Position numbers and translations under genes: made by a program
Notes under the pieces: generated by a model
The model's input: only the letters and a program-made list of their open reading frames with translations
The model's database searches: none
What the model was told of the DNA's origin: nothing
In this document: one piece after another, positions 58,613 to 64,000 of the stretch
Layout of the letters: every line of letters begins with the position of its first letter
Position numbering within the stretch: the stretch's first letter is position 1
Assembly (NCBI GenBank): GCA_002633005.1
Contig: NMRA01000004.1
Location: 1,595,144-1,659,143, forward strand
DNA: 64,000 nucleotides
Direction of reading: 5' to 3'
Source: Phoronis australis
Taxonomy: Eukaryota > Animalia > Phoronida

Positions 58613-61600
58613 CTGAAAAATATTTGTGTAAAACTTAAAACTCCTTTATGACAACTGAGTTGTCATGTTGACGTTTAGTGACATCCCACAGAGGATACAA
58701 AAGTCCAGTATCCTCAACTGAGAAATAAAACATGCCACACACATGGACACAGCACTAGGCATCCAAAAAGTAGCAGGTCAAGTCTACTACATTTTAGGAA
58801 CAATCATGAGTTTGGCACGTACAAACATTTATACACGTCAATGTTGCTGAGCGTGAGCGACTCTTTCGAGGTCTCCAATCCATTTATAAGATCCGGTTTC
58901 ATTTTGATAATCTTAATTATTATATGGAGCAAGGAAAAACCAGTTTTTATATGGTTATCACAACTTAGATTATAAAGATCACAGCACACACTGGAATACA
59001 GAACTGTAACCTGCCATCATCTCCAAAATGGGTGCTTCAATAGTCAAATAAGTCAAAATTTCACTGAAATCCGACAATCGTTTCTCTAGATATCAGCAGG
59101 CAACATTCTTCTTCCCAAAATACTGAAATAGTCCCATGTCGGACCATGCACCGCCCTACTGATGCCGGACACCAATGCGCTAAATTTCATCAAAATATGA
59201 GCAGGGTTTTCTAGGTGTCGAACAGAAAACTTCACATCAGGATAAGCGGACAAAATGGGCACAAGGGAGTGCACGAAAGTCGACTGGTACAATTCCGTCG
59301 CATAACTCTATGCCAAGTTTCATGGAAATTCGCCCAGTATCTTTCTAAATATTATCAGTCGGAACGCTTTTCCCTCAAACGTATTTTAAAGGCCCCTTGT
59401 TGCGACCAAAACAGCCACTTAAACGCAAACGGACTCATGGTGCCGACTCATTGTCACATAACTCTTTGTCAAGTTTCATCGAAATCCGTCCATCGGCTCT
59501 TTAGGTGTCCGGAATATCCGGAAACACTCTTCCCTTAGAAAACACGGAAAAGCCCTGCCCCTTTGGCCCTGGGGGGCGAGACAAACCGAAAAGCGAGGTG
59601 CACCGCCCAAGTGATGCCCTACACCCGGACGCCTATGTGAGTGTGTGTCAACTGTTTGGCATTACGATGTTAGCCGCCTGGACGCGGTACTGTCACTACA
59701 CGGGATATCTGAAGGTGCCTTGCAGTGAGCACTGGGGACTTATCAGATATTTTTACGTCATATTAACTTGCTCATATATTTTAAATCGTACCAGATTTCA
59801 AAAAATCCATAGTTACAGTCTTTCCATCCGGATTTTTCACGTATCCATAACCAATTGATTTTCCGAGGGAGAATGTGTATTCAGCCCTTCGCAGAAACCC
59901 GACGACCTGGTTGTCACGGAAAATAGCTTCCAAACCAAACAATGGCACATGTCTGAAAGAAAATAAATAAAGTTTAAAACGGAGAACAAACAGTAACATT
60001 TTTGCCAGCGCGTTACTTTCCATTTACGGGAGCACGAACTTTCTTATTTGACTGTAGTAAATTAATTGGCTCATGAGTACCTTCGCATACTATGAACGGA
60101 TCAAGCAGGTCAAACTTGAATGCACAACAGCGATCGATCATTTTGCACAGCACCATAACGAATACCTCATTCCAGCTGCAAGTACACATTTTGGGGCTCA
60201 AGTGACTTACTCGTCTATCGTAACACAGGTTAGTCTCTTCTTCACCCCTTCAGTCTTCTTTCGCTCCATGGCCTCACGACCCAAAAATGGCGTGTCAGTG
60301 TTTAGTTTACACGTGAATGCTAAACCTGCCTCGAGGGGTGAGTCGTCTGGTCTTATGTCAGCATGCCAGTGCTTGTATCCTGAAACAGTTAGAGGAAATC
60401 GATAACAATAATAATCACAGCACTGGTGACTAATACCAAAGGTCCAGATTGTACTTTATCTGGCCGTATTTTGCAAAGTTGCTTCCCAGCAAAGCAAACA
60501 CAGATGAAGGGATGACCAGATTTGAAGCAATCCTCGTTCTGGCAATTTGCAGGTGTATCATTGACGTCAATCTTCAAAGATAAAAACAGGAATCAAATGA
60601 AAGATCATACTCCCTGTGTCACTGTGTCACAGAGTGGATATTACATGTATGTACCTTTGTGGGTGGTCTTTCGTACTAAGTTGCCTTGTAATTAATTCTC
60701 TAAAAGCGTATTTTGGTTACGCTTGCCCATTTAGCAGACTGCGACATCCGTTTTGAAATTTCCCTCTAAACTTTTAAGTGTGTCGAGGGTAATAGTGCAT
60801 TGTTTTGTTTCAGGGAATTAGATGATAAATACGTTTTTTACATCTGTTAATGGACCAAAACCGGGTCCTGCATCCTTATAAAATAACTTAAGATGATGCG
60901 TTAGACCCTGAAAGGAAGAAGGGATCTGCACAACTAAGGCAGTCTAGAACCATCCACGTCATCAGCAAAGGAGAGAACACCCCTGAATGAAATTGACTGG
61001 GAAATGAAATTCTTCATATATCGGAAACGTTTGTCTTCAGATTTGATGGTAACGGCGCTATGGCCAGTTATTGTGATATGTGTCGATAAGTCAGAAGTCC
61101 ACCATTGTCATTGGACTCTCTGTCCCGTGAGAGCAAAACTGTGAAGAAGCATATAAAGAGAAAGTCAAGTCTATTGCGTTAATAGAGTCGTGCACAGGTA
61201 AGGGCTGGCGAACATGTATTTTCCCTGTGAAAGTTAAGTCTAGTGGTAATCCAACCTTGTGTCCTTCTGGATAACGTTCCAGGCGTGGGGGGAGAACAAA
61301 CAGACAAATATTGGTAGGCTGAGCAAGGAAGCAGAGAAACAGTGTTGGCTACGGTACGGAAGATCAGAACTAGCTTGGAAGTTGTCCTTCGTCAGGCAGT
61401 GATTGGATGTCATTGTTGGCCCGCCAGAGGGGCTTGTTATGGACTTAGGGTCAAAGTTAATTGCAGGGAACCTGGAAATCTATCTCATGATGTCTACATC
61501 ACCGAATGAGCAACATGCAACACCGAACAACAACGGCCAATCGACAAACCAGATGAGAAGAATCATTCTAGACAGCAAAACCAGGTTTCTGTGGTTGAGG

Positions 61601-63653
61601 AGTCTTTGGAACATTGACGTCCTACAGTTTGCATTTTAAGTTTATTAACTCAATAAATTAAGTAGGTTATATTTTCTACCATTCTTGTGATTGGCTTGCT
61701 ATTCCAAGTTTTTAGTATTTTTTGTCTCGTGCATTTTAAACTTGTTCCAATCCCCACTTTTTACTCATCATTTCACATTCCAAGACAGCATCATAAAATT
61801 ATGTCATAGACAATGCTGAGAACTATGTAACCCGAATTTTACGCATATGCATTTCCCTGGTGCTTTTTGCAGTACAGCAATCTTCACTGGCTGGCAGTTT
61901 TGAAGACGTGCACACTAAAATACCCTCACCTTTCTCAATACTCAGAGACTCAATGGCCCTGTAACCTGCATTGACGATGCCGTGTTTTTCTCCCTCGGCC
62001 ATCACAGCTCTGTAGATGGCGACACACTCGTCTTTGGGTATGTGCAGCTCCCACCCAAGCTCGCCAACAAAGGAAAGGCGGAGAGCACGCACTTCGTGTC
62101 CAGCAACAGTGATCACCTGAGTGGAGACGATATGTATTACTAGACTTACAGGAAATATGCGTCTTCAATAACTCGAAGACTACTTTCTTTGGGTGAGAGT
62201 GGGAGATAGATATCTTTTAATGAAATCTTACTTGTTACATGCGTGAGATATGCCATATTTTTGGAGCAATTTCCTTAAAAGGATAATAAACCTAGGTTTG
62301 ACCTATTAACAAATATCAAACAAGACTTTCTCATCCAGTTTTCTGAAGCAAAACAAAACAAAACTGTTCTTCAACCTCGTCAACTTCGGAAACTGTGTAG
62401 CAAATTTTGAAAACCTCTTGCAAAGCAGGCTTCAGGCGGGGGCGAGCGTGCCTAGTTACGTTTTAGCCGAGTTACACGACAACTGTGGTCAAAAACTGCC
62501 TACCAACGCAAGAATCATAATATCCACTTTGTGACGCACTGGGTACGTTTTTAGTTGAATACCGCTTTTATCACTCAAGGGGACACCATTGTTGCATTAT
62601 TAGGGGACAGAATGAGGATTGGTTGCACTCTCCAAAACAGGGTTTACTATCCTTTTAAAATGTTGTTTGGTGCGTTTGACGAAAATAAAACAAATTTTAA
62701 TGAACTTACCTGGTTTGTCGAAAACGGAAACGCTTCATTGCTTAACTCGACATCTGATAGGGCTTGGAGAACATCCCGACTAAAATTAATAAAACTTTAA
62801 TATGATCAAGCCTTTCCTGGTTGTCTCTGTGTGCTGCAAGCACGCGCGCATGGGCGTGCTTTATAAACATATGCGCGTATACATGTTTATGCGAGTGCTT
62901 GTGCGAGATACTCAGGTTTCTTTGAAAAAATAAGAACAATGACAAATTTTGAAAACGTGTCTTGAAAGAAGACTTTGAAGTCTAGAGAACATAGAAATCT
63001 GAATTATTAAGGTTGGACAATCCTAAATTTAAAATACTTTCGAGTAACGCCCCTGACGTAGAGCTAATTCAAAAATCTGAGCGCAATTCTCAGAAGATAT
63101 TGCATTTAGTATTATCTGTCAGGAACACATTTCTTGTTCAACATCAGTCAGTACCTCCTGGGTCCCTGCACACTCAACATTCCCATATCTTCGGACATGT
63201 CCAACAATTGACAGTCAAACTTCTCGTCCTGTAGTACGTTCATGATGTGACTGAAATTATGTTGTGTGGTGGCGCCACTAACCGCGATGTAAAAACCACG
63301 ACCTGTGTGAAAAATGAAGAATTCAACAACAAGTTGTAAATTAAAGTCAAATGATCCTACAAGAAGAGGGGAGACTTTTGTGAACAAATTGATATTTTTA
63401 TACATAGCAGAAGATTTGGGCTTACATTTCGTGAGCTGAGATGGTTGGGATCGCCATCTACTTGTGTCTGTATCAGTTGATCGCAAAATGAGTAAAGATC
63501 AAGTTTTGTTGGTTCAAATAATTCTCAATAATTGAATTTTACCTTCGAATGTGGGAGAGTGTGGTTTACCATCACCTGAACCGATGACGCTAACAGTCAC
63601 GTCATTCTCTATACCACCCATCTTGTTCAGCATACACGTGTACACTGTGGAAC
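58449..63653 (-). CDS. SARDH: Sarcosine dehydrogenase-like gene, copy 2 (last 7 exons; 5' part lies beyond the window)
   Basis: Exons 63543-63653, 63155-63302, 62710-62779, 61930-62116, 60211-60379, 59792-59952, 58449-58612. The six internal exons match copy 1 in size and phase (111/148/70/187/169/161 nt). Motifs [68 protein letters not shown]. Confidence 0.93.
59030..59590 (+). repeat. Decayed tandem units (AAGTTTCATCGAAATCC-like), possibly a HINE core
   Basis: Motif recurs at about 59076, 59182, 59315 and 59471, with a GC-rich hairpin-like end at about 59553-59580. Confidence 0.4.
59792..59952 (-). CDS. SARDH: SARDH copy 2 exon
   Basis: [38 protein letters not shown]. Confidence 0.93.
60211..60379 (-). 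CDS. SARDH: SARDH copy 2 exon
   Basis: [37 protein letters not shown]. Confidence 0.92.
60850..61600 (-). mobile_element. Highly decayed CR1/L2-like LINE fragment
   Basis: Traces of the APE C-terminus ([13 protein letters not shown]); many disruptions. Confidence 0.3.
61930..62116 (-). CDS. SARDH: SARDH copy 2 exon
   Basis: [27 protein letters not shown]...[14 protein letters not shown]. Confidence 0.93.
62710..62779 (-). CDS. SARDH: SARDH copy 2 exon
   Basis: [24 protein letters not shown]. Confidence 0.9.
63155..63302 (-). CDS. SARDH: SARDH copy 2 exon
   Basis: [20 protein letters not shown]...[10 protein letters not shown]. Confidence 0.92.
63543..63653 (-). CDS. SARDH: SARDH copy 2 exon
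   Basis: [37 protein letters not shown]. Confidence 0.92.
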
Positions 63654-64000
63654 CTAAGAAGATGAAATAGAATGTAAATAAGAATGAGTAAAACTCTCTC
63701 AATCGCTGTTGCCTAGCTCCATTAATTTGTCTGGTCATTAGATGACGTTCACTAACATGTACTATTTGAGTACCAAGGGAAAAGGTTACTTCTCCAGTAC
63801 CCCGTGCTTTACAAGCGATATACATGTACAGCTGTACACACAACATAATCTTGCCAGGCATCCACAGTTCATTTCACTCTTCAAGTTAACAAAGGTGTGA
63901 TAAGTAAACCTAGCGCAGTTTAGGAGTCCGTTCCATGGAAGTAACTAAGACTTAAGACAGGAAATTAGTCTTCCGCTCTAATTCACAGTTAGTGAATAAA

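Noticed and set aside
61465-61520. 2A-like ribosome-skipping motif (GDV...PG) at a LINE 5' end on the minus strand
   Set aside because: It is interrupted by extra bases and a stop, and NPGP is not intact. Too degraded to support.

Overview
Intron-rich animal genomic DNA, probably a marine invertebrate. Splice sites are GT-AG; there is no operon structure, CRISPR array or rRNA, and single N gaps sit at 21721, 33699, 33890 and 44754. The right half holds two tandem minus-strand sarcosine dehydrogenase-like (SARDH) genes. Copy 1 (~31467-54138) can be rebuilt by hand as an intact ORF of about 887 aa but carries substitutions at conserved flavin-site and folate-site positions. Copy 2 (58449 to beyond the window end) shows only its last 7 exons, has canonical motifs and has a frameshift-derived C-terminal extension. 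The left half holds exons of small single-pass membrane protein genes and many transposon relics: a Helentron-type HINE, a CR1/L2-like endonuclease fragment, an ISL2EU-like THAP+YqaJ relic, a Kolobok with a THAP remnant, and a near full-length RTE-X-like LINE interrupted by a Hero-like retroelement. Also present are a MITE family with 5-bp TSDs, a 672-bp foldback element with an 8-bp TSD, two abutting loopless palindromes and apparent transposon excision footprints (TACATGTA/TAGGCCTA). I found no clearly new multi-gene system. The best leads are the altered SARDH paralog and the small membrane-protein genes. All calls were made by eye, without database searches.
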